This document shows positions 12,581 through 24,631 of a DNA stretch of 64,000 bases, one piece after another (the first letter of the stretch is position 1; the number at the start of each line of letters is the position of its first letter). Both the position numbers and the translations under genes were made by a program. The notes beneath the pieces are model-generated. The model had not been told where the DNA came from, made no database searches, and saw nothing but the letters and a program-made list of their open reading frames with translations. This DNA is from Blasia pusilla (lineage: Eukaryota), in assembly GCA_050084515.1 (NCBI GenBank), contig CM114271.1, positions 4,836,001 through 4,900,000 of the forward strand, in the 5' to 3' direction.

Positions 12581-15500
12581 TCATCCTTCGCCTGCGGTTT
12601 CGGAAGCTGGATGCTCTTGTCCGAGTGCGTCGGTCGCTTGCGATGGTTTTGAATCCACAATCAGCGCTTCCTGTTGCCTGCCTTGTGGCTCCTGCCTTCC
12701 CGTCATCCTGTGAAGTTCATGGATGTGCTTCGCCTCATTCACGAACTCGGCCAGATTCCGGACTATTTGCTGTCGCGAGCGCTTGCTCTTGTGGTGCTTG
12801 TCCGCCACCGAAGGCCCGCCTGCTACGTGATCTGCAAGGGAATGGACAGCTAGTCTTCTCCACAGGCTCAACTTCTGGCATACCCCCTGTAGACAACCGA
12901 CCACCAAGATTCAGAAATGTTTTGAGGAAGCGAACGCATACCTCCTTTCACGGTCTACTGTCTCTCTCTTCATGGACATGCGATCTATCTTCTCCAGAGG
13001 CTCAGTCTCTGGTGTCTCCATATCCTTTCACGAAACACATCCCTAATTTGATGTATGCTCGGAAACCGGAAACGAAAATCAATGTACACTCGTGAGTGCT
13101 GCAAATCATGGTCCACCTTCAAGGGCCGATAGGTCCAATCGGATTCCCCGGAACAATGGCTGTCAGCTCCACCAGCGTCGTCACCGTCACTGCTGTTGAC
13201 CGGGTTCGTGAAGGAGCCCAGACTTGTAGCGCTTTGAGAATCCGCGTCTCCGGTCTCTTCCGGAGGGTCATCTCGAGCAGTGCTCTTCTGAAACGTTCTT
13301 GGATACAGGCCGTACTCTGCCCCAAGTGCGATTCTAGGAGTGAGAGGGAACAGATGTCCCTCCGTGCTGAAGATATATCTGCAAGCACAACCGATGGAGT
13401 CAGACTTGTGTTCCACGCACAGCCGATCGATCCTCCATTTGAGCAAGTGAACGAGTCGCGAGTTACTTGTAAACTTACGGATAGGGGCCATTCTCCACCA
13501 AGTTCTCACCGCCTACGGCCAAATCAAAGAGAAGCCATAGGTATTTGACCTGCGAGGCCAACATACACACAAAAATCCCCTAGTCAAGTTCTCGAGCGAT
13601 GGCGTCGTCTGCATGTAAGGATTTTTCATGTTTGACAGATGTGAAGGCAATCCCGAAGTAAACTCGTTTACTCGTGCGGGGAAGACGGAGTTTTTTTTCT
13701 CATCTAAGACTCATCATTAGGAGGGAAAGAGGCGAAAGATAGTTGCCATTTCGCATAGAGCAAGCCACATCCGATCCGAAAGATGACGGAGGCTCTGTTT
13801 TCTTTCACACTTGATGTTCCTCACCGTTTCAGCGAGGAAGAAGCTCTCCATATGATCCTCCTGTTCATGTGACTCCACGTCCGCAATGTGGCAGTAACCG
13901 CACGGGCATCTCGCTCCATATTGCAGACTTGCGACAATGTCCCGCCCTACATCCAGGTACCTGCATTCAGTTTTCAGAGCTTGTTGTCATTTCTCATCTG
14001 TTGCCTACCAGGCGGGCGGGGGTGTGGTGGTATGGGAAAGTCAAGCTTTCGCAATTCCTATACATCGACATTCATATGATCTGGGCGTAGCTGTCAACAC
14101 GTTCCTCATATAATCTTCTCAGCGCAGTAAGCTATACTTTCTTGCGATCCAGATGAAGGATAGATCAGTCGAGGCTCTTCATCTCCGATGCATCAAGATC
14201 TTTGCGCATCTAGCTTTACTTTCTTAAGATCCGGAAGACAGAGCTGTAAAACCTTCCTCAATTCCACTACATATAATCATCTCTACGTGTGTAGCTCTAC
14301 TTTCTTAAGGTCTGGGCGAGGCGAGGGACAGAGTTGTCGAGCTTCCTCAATTCCACTACATCCCATCTTCCCTGCGCTTGTAGCTTTACTTATGAAGGGG
14401 CAGAGCTGTCGACTTGAACTTTACTTTCTTGCGACCTTCCTCAATTCCACTATACATGATCTTTGGAAAGCATATAGCTGAACTTATTGAAAGATCTTGG
14501 AACAGGCTAGCAGACCAGGGGGAAGGTAGGTTGTGGAAGGAAAATAAATCTATGGCTAATGTCAAAGGAGGATCCATCCGAACAAAGGCTTCACGTGGAT
14601 ACTTACATGGGATCTCTGGTTGCTTTGTACAGCAAGTAAGTGCTCTCAATGAGTTCTGGTCGCAAAGGGTAGCTCCTTTGACCTGGCTGCACAGCCAAAG
14701 AAAAACGAAACCAACTCATTAGAGCCTTTAAGATCAGAAGCGAAGTAGGCCTTACTCGGAAAAAGGAGGAGCGAAAACCTGCCATTGTTCAATCAATCAC
14801 TTCACACCACAAGAGAGAGCCTACGCACCCATCGATACAAAGGGATGAGCAGACCCAACCCATCCCCTTTTTGTGTATCCAGGAAGATGCCACGGGGAAA
14901 ACAGAGAGGAACCAGAATACACCAGATGTGATGGCAGTGGAACAATGGGGAGCCAATTTGAGACCTTCTCTCCAGTCACAGAAACAATGCCATAGATTCC
15001 CAGAATGAAGAGGGTATGGCACCACCTTGTCATACCTGAACATTCAATGTAGCTAGGTTGAAACCCTCGGGAGTGAAGCCGAATCGTTTCCAAACAGCAA
15101 AAAAGGCTTTGTGGGTACGAACTGCAGGTTCGACATCCCCAGCCAACACCTTCATGGAAGACATCATGCAGGTCAATGTCATTAACTTGAGCGGTGAAGA
15201 CTAGAATTACCCAAATCATGCGTTTTCTCTTGTGAGAAGGGTGACGAAACTCTGGCCTGAGCACGCTTGGAAAGACTTGGCCTAAGGACAAGAAGATACC
15301 TGGAGTCCAGGCCAAAATGCTTGAAGACTGTTGAAAAGAGGCCACACAACGACTGCTGAATTCATGTTCACCTCCAGATACCTTCCAGCCAAAGAAAAGA
15401 ACGATGGTTGCAGTTAATTGAATGCCATAATGAAAACTACACATAGAACTCTGAAAAGTGGAAGCAACTGGCAGTCGCTGCTTCTCTTACCATGGATCAT

Positions 15501-18500
15501 TGAAAAGGTAGAGCATAACAGCTTTATAAGCTTCCTTGAACATGTACAAGTACTCGTCATCACCGAATAGGAGATATGCCTGCAGTTCATTATGACGCGA
15601 TGATTAGTCTCAACCATGGGAGCAAATATTGAAGACCGCACTATTAAACAACGAAGAATCCTGTTTGATCCCCTGAGTATACCTTGAGAAGATACTCGTA
15701 AAAAGAGTCAATACTCGTTCCTATCCCAGCATCCTGGACAAGTATAACACCATGAACGACGTCATAATCACAATACATCAATGAATCTTTGACACTGGTT
15801 GGAACTCAAACTGTTGAAGAGTGGTGGGGATAGTGTTTCTGTTGCAGGCAGTAGAAGTGCTGTTGGATGTCTAAGGTCTAGCTTCTATTTCTTCTCTTCC
15901 TTCACTCAATGGATACTCCTTGCTGCATCCTTGCTAGATGTAGGAAGTTATGCGTTTCATGAAGAACTCATATCCATTTCTTGAACATGCACACAGACAA
16001 GATTTGGCACCACAAACTGCAACCGAGGGAATAAAGGAGACCTCCAGAAGAGTGCAAATACCTTGTGAGTCCACTCCCCTGTAAAGACATTAATGTGTGC
16101 GCCAACAAGGCCTAGTTGTGAGCGTTGTGCCCAAAGACCTTGGACTGACTTCCTTGCAACAGTTTCAAATACTGTAGCAAATGCCCCATGTACAAAGCAC
16201 ACCAACAGTCAAAGATCGCTCAGATATGCTTAATTATAGTTGCTGTCAATTGTGAAGTGAAAAATGTCTGTGTGGAGAGCGCAGTACCAGTTCTAGGAAG
16301 ACTGAGGCAGTTTGCATCAAAAGAGTTTGGTGCCTCTAGACTTTACAGATGTCCATATTCACATTCAAAAGGTAACCTTTAAACCTTCTGAGTTTGAAGT
16401 CATGGTTGGGGTTACTACCTGGATCTCCAGTTAATCGGCTGAGGACGCCAAACTCAAGAGTTAAGGTGCCGCCTCCTGCTGTAGATGTGACCTGCAGTAA
16501 GACCGCCACCAACTGTCATGTTAAATAATGGGGACAAGCCAATAACAAGCGAAAAACTCACTCTCTCACTTGAAAAATGCTGTACATCTTCACTACAACC
16601 TATCCCAAATAGTTCGTTTACAGTATCTTGCTAAGACATTTCTGCAAACGTCTTCCCTGCAAACATAGAATCAAATAAAAAATCCACACTTACAGTCTGT
16701 CTTGTAAATTGATTCCCCATAAGATTTCTAATCCCTCTCATATGGCTGACCCCAAGGAAGCTCCAGTCTCCTTGACATTATTGAGGAGTGGAACCTCTGG
16801 ACCAGAGAAATTTCATGGACTAGTTCCAATCAAATTTACTTCCCACAGAACATGATTTCTTTACACCAACCGTCTTCTACATAGTTTTGAGAGTTGGACA
16901 TTCATGGGCACAGAACAAGAGATACGCTTGATCCAAATTAACAAGTAGCACTCTATAGTAGCGTCTGGCTAGTACCTAGAACAGAGGGACATCAGTTTAC
17001 GAATTTAGAGTGAGATAGCTGCAAAAGGGGCTCGCCTTGCCTGGCTCTCATCGTCACTGACACCATGAAGAAGATTGACAGAACCATATGGTATGCCTGC
17101 ATTTGAGGGACATGCACATGTGAACTTTAAAGACCCCGATCGGAAGAGCAAATAAGAATAAGGTATAAGCAGTGAGGGAAATAGGGAAAAATCTAGTTAC
17201 AGGCTCTCATCCTGGAAAGGATGAGAGTCACACTATCCTAAACCCTATCAATCTGAGCCACACTGCCTCCCATAAATATTATACAACTTGACAGGACTCG
17301 AAATGGGAACAGGAAGCAGAGTCCTAGAGAAAAATTTGAAGCTCAGCTGCCCACATACAATTGAAAGTCGACATACATCTTTTTTGCCATTGTTAGGAAA
17401 TTCTTTTCTATCACTGCAGAGCCTTGCATAGGTCATGGAGTTCAGTGTTTACCTGTGGGGGTCTCGAATGCAGGTAGTAGACTCCGACCAAGATTCTCTG
17501 CGAGCTTGAGGAGCTCGTCTCCATATCCATCTACCATCATTCCCTGTAGAAACAGCATGACCAGAATGTCCAATTAGTACCCGTTCTTTGTCCTCAAGAA
17601 ATTCTGGCACTCAGACCTCTGCAAGATTCCTGGGATCCATTTGAGGTGTTCAGACAAGGCTTTTCATGCACTTCTATCAATTTTGTACATGGGTGGAGCT
17701 ATCTGGTGCCACACAGTGCACATTTGAATTCTTGTAAATCCTGGTGTTACAACAGTGCCGTGTCGTGAACATTCTTAAGATCTTCACAAGAACAAGATCA
17801 TTGAGGAAATCCCTCGCCTCAGAAACTTGCATCCAGTACCCAGGGCATGGGTGATCCATGCCCTGGGTAGCACACTCGTGTGTACCTACCATGTGTGTGG
17901 ACTTTGCAATGCTAGCAGGTTTAAACCTTGGAAATACATGGACTAGAAACCAGTGGCAGCTGTATAGGAATGAAATATGTGGATTATAACGCAGTTCATT
18001 CAATCAATCTCTCAGCCTAGTCTTAGAGAACAATGCCAACCCAGGGCCCAGCAAGGTTCTTTTACTGGTTGATTTTTCACCAGCAGAAAGCATCTTAAGC
18101 TGTTCTTTTTATGTGTGATTTCTGCCAATTCTCTAAAAATTTAACAAGCAAAACTAATTCTCCAAGTCAGAATTTTGCCTAATCTTACAGATCTCCCTCA
18201 GATATCTTCAAAATGAGTCAGCTGGGTCTACAAAGAATGTGTGTACAAGCTGGGCCGAGAACTAGCCCCTTTACTATCCAATGGCACACAGGAATTCTTA
18301 AATCATGATTCATAGTTTTTACTTAGAAAATCCAAGGGAAGACAGCTTAACCACAAGGACCCTTATTAATCAGAAAGACACTCATACATATGACAGGGAT
18401 GTGGAGAAACCTATCAAAGAGACTCAAATTTGGACACGCATCTACCAAGGGGACTGCTTTCTGATAATTCATTCAGTAGCCTTGATTCATTGCCCAAAGC

Positions 18501-21500
18501 TGCTGCACTGGTAAGTAATGTCTATTGGGGATCCCAATCAGGTAAAGTAGATGGTGTGGTGAAGAGTTTCTTGGTTGACACTTGGAAGCTCCACACAAAC
18601 ACGTTGTTTGGTGTCACAACGTGTTTGTGTGGAGAGTGTCTCCCTCCTCTCATATGGTATCTTCTTCACTTGCTTCTCTCTCTCCACCCATCCCAGTCTC
18701 AAGCACCGTCCAACCAGGGCGCGGGGTCTATGGTCGCAAGGCTACGACAGGCACTACTTAATGAGTACAGTCTCTCTCAACACGTACATGTGGATCCCAA
18801 GCACATTTCATTGCATTCATTCCCATCACAGCAGAAGAAAAGCGTCCAACCTCAGAATCTAGTATCCGGCAGCTAAGTAGATGAAGTGAGTGAGATTCTT
18901 ACTGTAGAAACATCACTGGCAATAAGATGTCCAGAGAGTAGACCACCAAGCACACGAATTGAGGTCTCAAAGACTGACACGGTTTTGTTCTGCACAAGCC
19001 AAAAAAAATTTATCATGCATCCCACAGGAGTTAAAAGTCAGCAGAAAGGCATGCCCTTAATGTTGGGAGATGCTGTAAGAACATAGTAGCTTGGAGTTTA
19101 CTATATGGAATAGTAACTTATAGAATTACTGTAGTAACTCAGTGTTTTACACTTAGTAAATAGTAATTGGTTGTTACCATAGGATTACTATGGGCGGCAG
19201 ACCCTAATCCTAAAACCTAAAACTTAATCTTTTGGCTGGATATAACCCCTTCTGGGTGCCCTGCGAATTTACATTCTCTCACCCCTTTTCGTACAGAACT
19301 CTCTGATTGAGCAGCACTGAGTGTGGTTTGCTTACCTGAGAGGAGTGTGTTCTTCTGACCTTAGTAGTGCAGTGGGCTTCTGCTAACAGACTGAGTGGTC
19401 TGCTGACCTGAGGGGTTCTGTTAGTCTTGTGGTGCAAGGTGTCTAGTACTACTAACCTGAGTGGTTGCTATTGAGATGTCTACTACTACTAACCTGAGTA
19501 GTGGTTGTTGCACTAAGTGTCCTTGTGAATGCTAGGTAGTCTGGTGGTACAGGTTGTCTAGTACTTTTCTCTACAATCTAACCACTCAGGTTAGATTGTA
19601 GAGACCTATGACAACAGGTGGTTGACAGGACCACTGCCACAGGTGCTCGAAACAAAACACAACAGCTGTAGGACCATTCAAAAGTGAGCCTACAAATTGT
19701 AATCAGTTTAGTGATCGACAACTGAAGCCATCACTGTGGGCAACCTCTTGAGAAATTAATGCTACGTCTCAAGAAAGGCTAGTGGCGAAGGGAGAAAGTG
19801 GAAGAAAGTAGAACACCTAAAACCCACAGGCAAATGACAGATTCATACCTTATCAAATCGAAGATTTTTTCCGAGCCAGGTCACAGCATCACTGAACCGA
19901 GCATGATCACCAAGAAGTGCTAGCATGTCCAATGCATCCACCTGGAAACAAACCAGTGTTCTTGCTGTAAAAACATAGTAACTTGGAGTTTACTATAGTG
20001 AAAAGTAACTCTGAGAATTATTATAGTACTTTAGTGTTTAACCACAGTAAATAGTAATTTCTTCTTACTATAGATTTACCTCAGTAATTCTGAGAATTAC
20101 TATAGGCGGCAAGCCCTAACCCTAAAACCTAGAAACTCATCCTCTTGGCTATATATAACCCCTTGAGGGTGCCCTGCGAAACTACATTCTCTTACACCTT
20201 TTCATACACAACTCTCTGATCTGAGGAGCTGATTGAGCAGCACTGAGTGTGCTTTGCTTACCTGAGTGGATTGTGCTTCTGACCTCAGTACTTTAGCACA
20301 CTGAACTACTACTAGACACCTTGCATCACAAGACCATGTAGTTCAGTGTGCTTCTACTTACAGACTGAGGTCTGCTGACCTCAGGGGTTCAGTGAGTCTT
20401 GTGTTTGCAAGGTGTCTAGTAGTACTAACCTGAGTGGTTGCTATTGTACTCAGTGTGCTTATGAATGCTAGGTAGTTTGGTGGTACAGGTTGTCTAGTGC
20501 TTTCCTCTACAAACTAACCTGAGTGGTTGCTATTACACTAAGTGTGCTTGTAAGAGCTAGGTTGTAGAGAAACTCTGATATTCTAAAAGTTCTTAGTATT
20601 TTTCAAGACTTAAAAACCAATCCTTGCGCAAGGAAATGCCCATCTCTATCTGCTCAAAGTTGTTCACATCTATGAGTAAAACAGATAGAGCAAAGGGATG
20701 ACATCTGTTAGAAAAATGTGAGATAATACTGACCAGGTAGCCCTTTATAACCTGCATCCCCTAATGCATGACCAAAACTCAAACGCTCATTCCGTTGACT
20801 GCACTGATAAAACAAAGCGCCTTCTACTGCATGAGAAGAACCCCTTTGCTTGGGTGCACTGCTACTTTCTGCCCTAAACGATTGAAGCCGCGGTCAAAGG
20901 AGGAAACCCATGGGCACACCCGATAAGGGAGTGGTCATTCAGACCCACCCAAGGGATCTACAAAATGGGCCAGTCTCATGGCCATGATCACTTACCAGTG
21001 TCAAAGTGTACTCGCCCAAAGAGTCTTCACCAGAACAGCTCAAAGGCCGCAATTCATCTAAAGGAAAAGCGTGCAGCATGTAGTTGTCAAACGCATGGTA
21101 GAACATCTCCCGTACCTGCATCAATCCAGTTCAAATTCAGATGGATTTCACCACTCCCAGCAAAGTCCCTGAAGAGGCACAATGCACGAATAGAGGACTG
21201 GAGATCCCATCCAATAAAAAAAACAAGTGGGGCTCAAAGAGCCAACCAGGTCCAGGGCCACAACCAGCACGACTGAAAAGAAAAAGGGGGACCCCTCAAC
21301 AAGATAACTTCACCAACAGCAGAATACACAAGGAATGATTGAGTGAACTGATGTTTTGTCCTCGGGAACCAAGATGGCCATTGGACTTTAATCACAGTAC
21401 TTGTAGCACCAATGCATGCCAGCTCAGACAAGACAAGTGATCACAAAAGAAGTCAGTGCTTTCCCAAGAAGCTGACTGTTCCAAATGTTCAACTCCGGCA

Positions 21501-22855
21501 ACCTCACACTGATGAATGAATTTAGCAAATTAAACCTGCTTCCCACAGGGTATGTACTCACTTACAATCAGCGCAGGGCCATAGGAAGAGGTCACGAAAG
21601 TCAAATCTCATGCTCTCATGATAGCTGCGATTGAAAATATGGGCCTGGCTCTTCAAACGTATGAAGGACCTAGCTCTTTCAGAGCGGGCTCTGGAAGAAT
21701 TCAGGGAAGTCCATGGTAGAATTCTCATGGTAGCTGCAATATAAAAGATAGAGCTCTTCATTGTCCAGTACCCGTGATAATTGGAATGGGGAATAGCCAC
21801 ATGACATCTTCGGTCTTTCCCCGTGTTCCAATTCCAAGCCTCACGAGCCGCATCAGAATGTGATGGGCGTTAATTGGAAGTCGAGTAGCTTAGCTAACTG
21901 GAGATGCGAGAGCGGAGAAGTCAGAAGCTTGGGCAGTTGATCTCCCAAACATTCTTGAGAGCAGTTTCTTCTCAAGGTTTCCTTGAATCAGTAGGAACAT
22001 TTCTCAAAGAAAAACGCAATCCATTCTCCAAGAAACGCAACCCATCCTCTCATCCAAGAGTCCCAGCACAACCGAAGCACAGATCGACAGGCTGAACTTC
22101 TTGGACGGGCTCTGAACTCCAGTCGGGCCGCAAGATAATGCGAGCTCGTTCCTTCAGTGTCCTTTTTCTTCCGAATTCATTCTTCACTCCAGGCTCTGCA
22201 ATCAGAACGCTTCGTTCTTGGTCGCAGAGCGCCATACCAGCAGCGCAATGGATTCTGCCTCAGCCATCCCGTTCGATTCTACGCATGCCCGATCCCCCCC
22301 CCGAATCACAATCTGCGTCGCCGCATAAACAGTTCCCTTTCGTCCGTCCACGCACATCCTCAGGAGCCACCACAATCTCCGATCGCGTAAGAGAGGCCCG
22401 AGAGCTCAGGATCAGAGAGAGAGAGGAATTGAGCTGCGATTAGGACGCCAAGGATGGCACCGCGATCGCGCGAACGATTCAGTCCCACCGCCCGCCTGAG
22501 CTCCCCTCCATCGAACCAAACAAGTGCGCCCCAACCGCATCACCACAATTCCCCTGATCTCGTAAGAAACTGTCCCTTCCCGTTCCCTCCTACCCCAACT
22601 CCCAACTCCCATCATCATCATCATCATCATCCACCACAACAACAACGACGACGACGACGACGACGACAGCAGCAGCAGCAGCAAGAAGGAATCAGAGAAA
22701 GGGCAAAAGGAGCGCACCTCATCTCGGAGCTCCGCAGCTTCGGAAGGCGTGACAGAGGCAGCGGACACAGAGTTGCACATCGCCATCACGATCACGATCA
22801 CGCCCACCACGATACTTCTTCTCCGCATTTCCGAGCACTCCATGACTCCACTCAT
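12581..22855 (-). CDS. MNS4: GH47 class I alpha-mannosidase, EDEM-like (MNS4-type ERAD mannosidase), ~652 aa, 17 exons
   Basis: Exons 22855-22718, 21115-20996, 19941-19849, 18989-18903, 17543-17453, 17096-17041, 16491-16419, 16171-16062, 15733-15683, 15579-15491, 15381-15300, 15149-15036, 14686-14607, 13960-13825, 13549-13479, 13378-13117, 12886-12581 (1959 nt, frame-consistent). Motifs: signal anchor, [99 protein letters not shown]. Confidence 0.95.
14100..14480 (-). pseudogene. Decayed ~80-88-nt repeats resembling cysteine-type LRRs (F-box/LRR-like) in MNS4 intron 13
   Basis: 3-4 imperfect repeats (tagct.tactttctt...cttcctcaattccacta). Minus-strand translation with frameshifts gives [13 protein letters not shown]/..PDLKKVKL and CIGDEE. 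Confidence 0.4.
19074..19613 (+). mobile_element. Solo-LTR-like element, copy 1, in MNS4 intron 3
   Basis: Starts TG(taagaac), ends (tatga)CA, internal TATA-like tataaccc; strongly similar to 19966-20580. No clear TSD. Confidence 0.65.
19966..20580 (+). mobile_element. Solo-LTR-like element, copy 2, in MNS4 intron 2
   Basis: Starts TGtaaaaacatagtaacttggagtttactata and is colinear with copy 1 through gggtgccctgcgaa, gattgagcagcactgagtg and actaacctgagtggttgctatt. Confidence 0.65.
22610..22686. repeat. Compound trinucleotide microsatellite (CAT/CAA/CGA/CAG) near the 5' end of MNS4 intron 1
   Basis: Visible directly in the sequence. Confidence 0.9.
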
Positions 22856-23279
22856 CGCACCCCAACACACACGCCTCTCACTCCATCCTCCACCCCACTC
22901 GACCTTCCGGCGTTCCACCCATCGCTCAACCTTTCAATCGCTGCACCACTCCTCGCAATCCTCCCATCATTGAGTCACGCGCAAGCGATTACGCACTGCA
23001 GCGCTCATGGCTCCCCATACCTCCTCCGCCCACCAGCACCAGCACCGACAACACACACACAGACACGAACACTCGAGAGGAGAGTGGCAGAACAGTTAGG
23101 ATTCATGGAGTTTTGGGCATCCCCTTGTGCTTTGACTTGACTCACACACGTACCCGTGTCACCCATCTCACGCTCGTCCCGGGTGCCGTGCTTGCACGGG
23201 TGAAAGAGAGTTTCATAAGAGTTTGCGTGCTTTCAGTTAAAAAAGAGAGACACATGTCAAAAAGGATGATGTGGTCGGG

Positions 23280-24110
23280 GGAGTTATGCACCGCTCAAGC
23301 ACTCTCCCATCTATATTATTACGGGAAAGTGTTTTCTTGACTTGCAAACATTTCTATGCTTGACATATGACAATTGGGTAGTAAAAAATGTTTTTTATTT
23401 TACTGAAATCTTAGGGAGAGATGCACCCCTCAAGCACTTTCCGAGTATATTATTATTGTAGAATGTCTTCTTGATTTGCAAACATCTTTTTGCTTGACAT
23501 ATGCGATCGACAATAAGAAAATATTTTTTATTCTACTGACAGTAAGAAAATGTTTACCCTCTATGGGCAACAAGAAAGAAGTCTTATGTGCAACATGAAT
23601 AGTCTTTTCACTCCCGTGCATGGCACGGGCTGCCCGCTAATATAATCTAATAGAAATTATAATGGAACCATAATAATATACAGACACGGACCATAATAGT
23701 ATAGATTCTTATGATCTCGTGTCCGTGCACAACATCAATCGTACTTTTACATCGACCTATGGTATGTATGTGAGGATTTTAAATTAAAAACTTAAGTCTG
23801 GGAATGAAAGGACTAATGGAAATGAAAGGACCGATTGCACAAAAAATAAATTTCATACAATAGAAAAATATTTTCTTGTTGCACGATTGTCACATGTCAA
23901 GCAAAGAGTCGTTTGCAAATCAAGAAAGCATTCTCCAATAATAATATAGATTAGGGTAAGCTAATGTTGTGCACGTTGTTCATAAAATAGAAAATAATTT
24001 CTTGTTGCGCGGTTGCCAAATGTCAAACAAAGAGGCGTTTTCAAATCAAGAAAGCACTCTCCGATAATAATCTAAATTATGGTAGGCTAGTGTCATGCAC
24101 GGGTTTAACT
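23280..24110. mobile_element. Non-autonomous Helitron/MITE-like repeat cluster upstream of MNS4
   Basis: A ~110-bp unit (tgtcaagca..gag..gtttgcaaatcaagaaagca.tctcc.ataataatataga) occurs twice on - (23290-23560) and twice on + (23860-24090), and also at ~31290, ~38320 and ~48075. Helitron-type 3' end: hairpin CCCGTGC-ATG-GCACGGG (23613-23629) followed by CTAA|T (23637-23641). Confidence 0.5.
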
Positions 24111-24476
24111 TGCTTTTCATATTTGGCTCCATTTTAGTTAATTTTTAATTAATTTATTGATTGAGGCATAATATTAACTAGTTTACGGCCCTTTGAGAGG
24201 GATGGGAGAGAAAATAATTAGTAAACACAGGTGGAGGAATGTGGATAGCCTAGATGGAGAGGGAAAAAAATAGGGGAGTGTCTCTGGGGATCAGAATTTT
24301 CAATTATATGTGTGTCAAATGAGTTAATTTATTCATAAGAAAATTGTTATCCTAAATGAAAGTGTGATGTAAATTTGGGTTGTAAGATACTATAAATTCA
24401 GGTTAAGGAGAGGATTGATTTTTCTCATATTCATCCTAGTTTGAAAAGTTCATACCAAAAATGTATTTTTACCTAG

Positions 24477-24631
24477 GTACCCATTTAAGCGTGTGGGAAA
24501 ATATTATTTGGGACTAATTAAAGGAGACTGTGCATACTATGCATTGGCACCTTCTGGGTACCCATTTAAGCATGAGGGAAAAGATTCTTTGGGACTAATT
24601 AAGGAGACCGTGCATACTATGCATTGGCACC
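24477..24631. repeat. Two-copy ~80-bp tandem repeat
   Basis: gtacccatttaagc...tttgggactaattaa(a)ggagac.gtgcatactatgcattggcacc present twice. Confidence 0.9.

Noticed and set aside
12490-13548. 201-aa and 150-aa plus-strand ORFs
   Set aside because: Antisense to the last MNS4 exons.
22454-23140. 228-aa H/Q/R-rich plus-strand ORF
   Set aside because: Antisense to MNS4 exon 1 and the intronic trinucleotide repeats.
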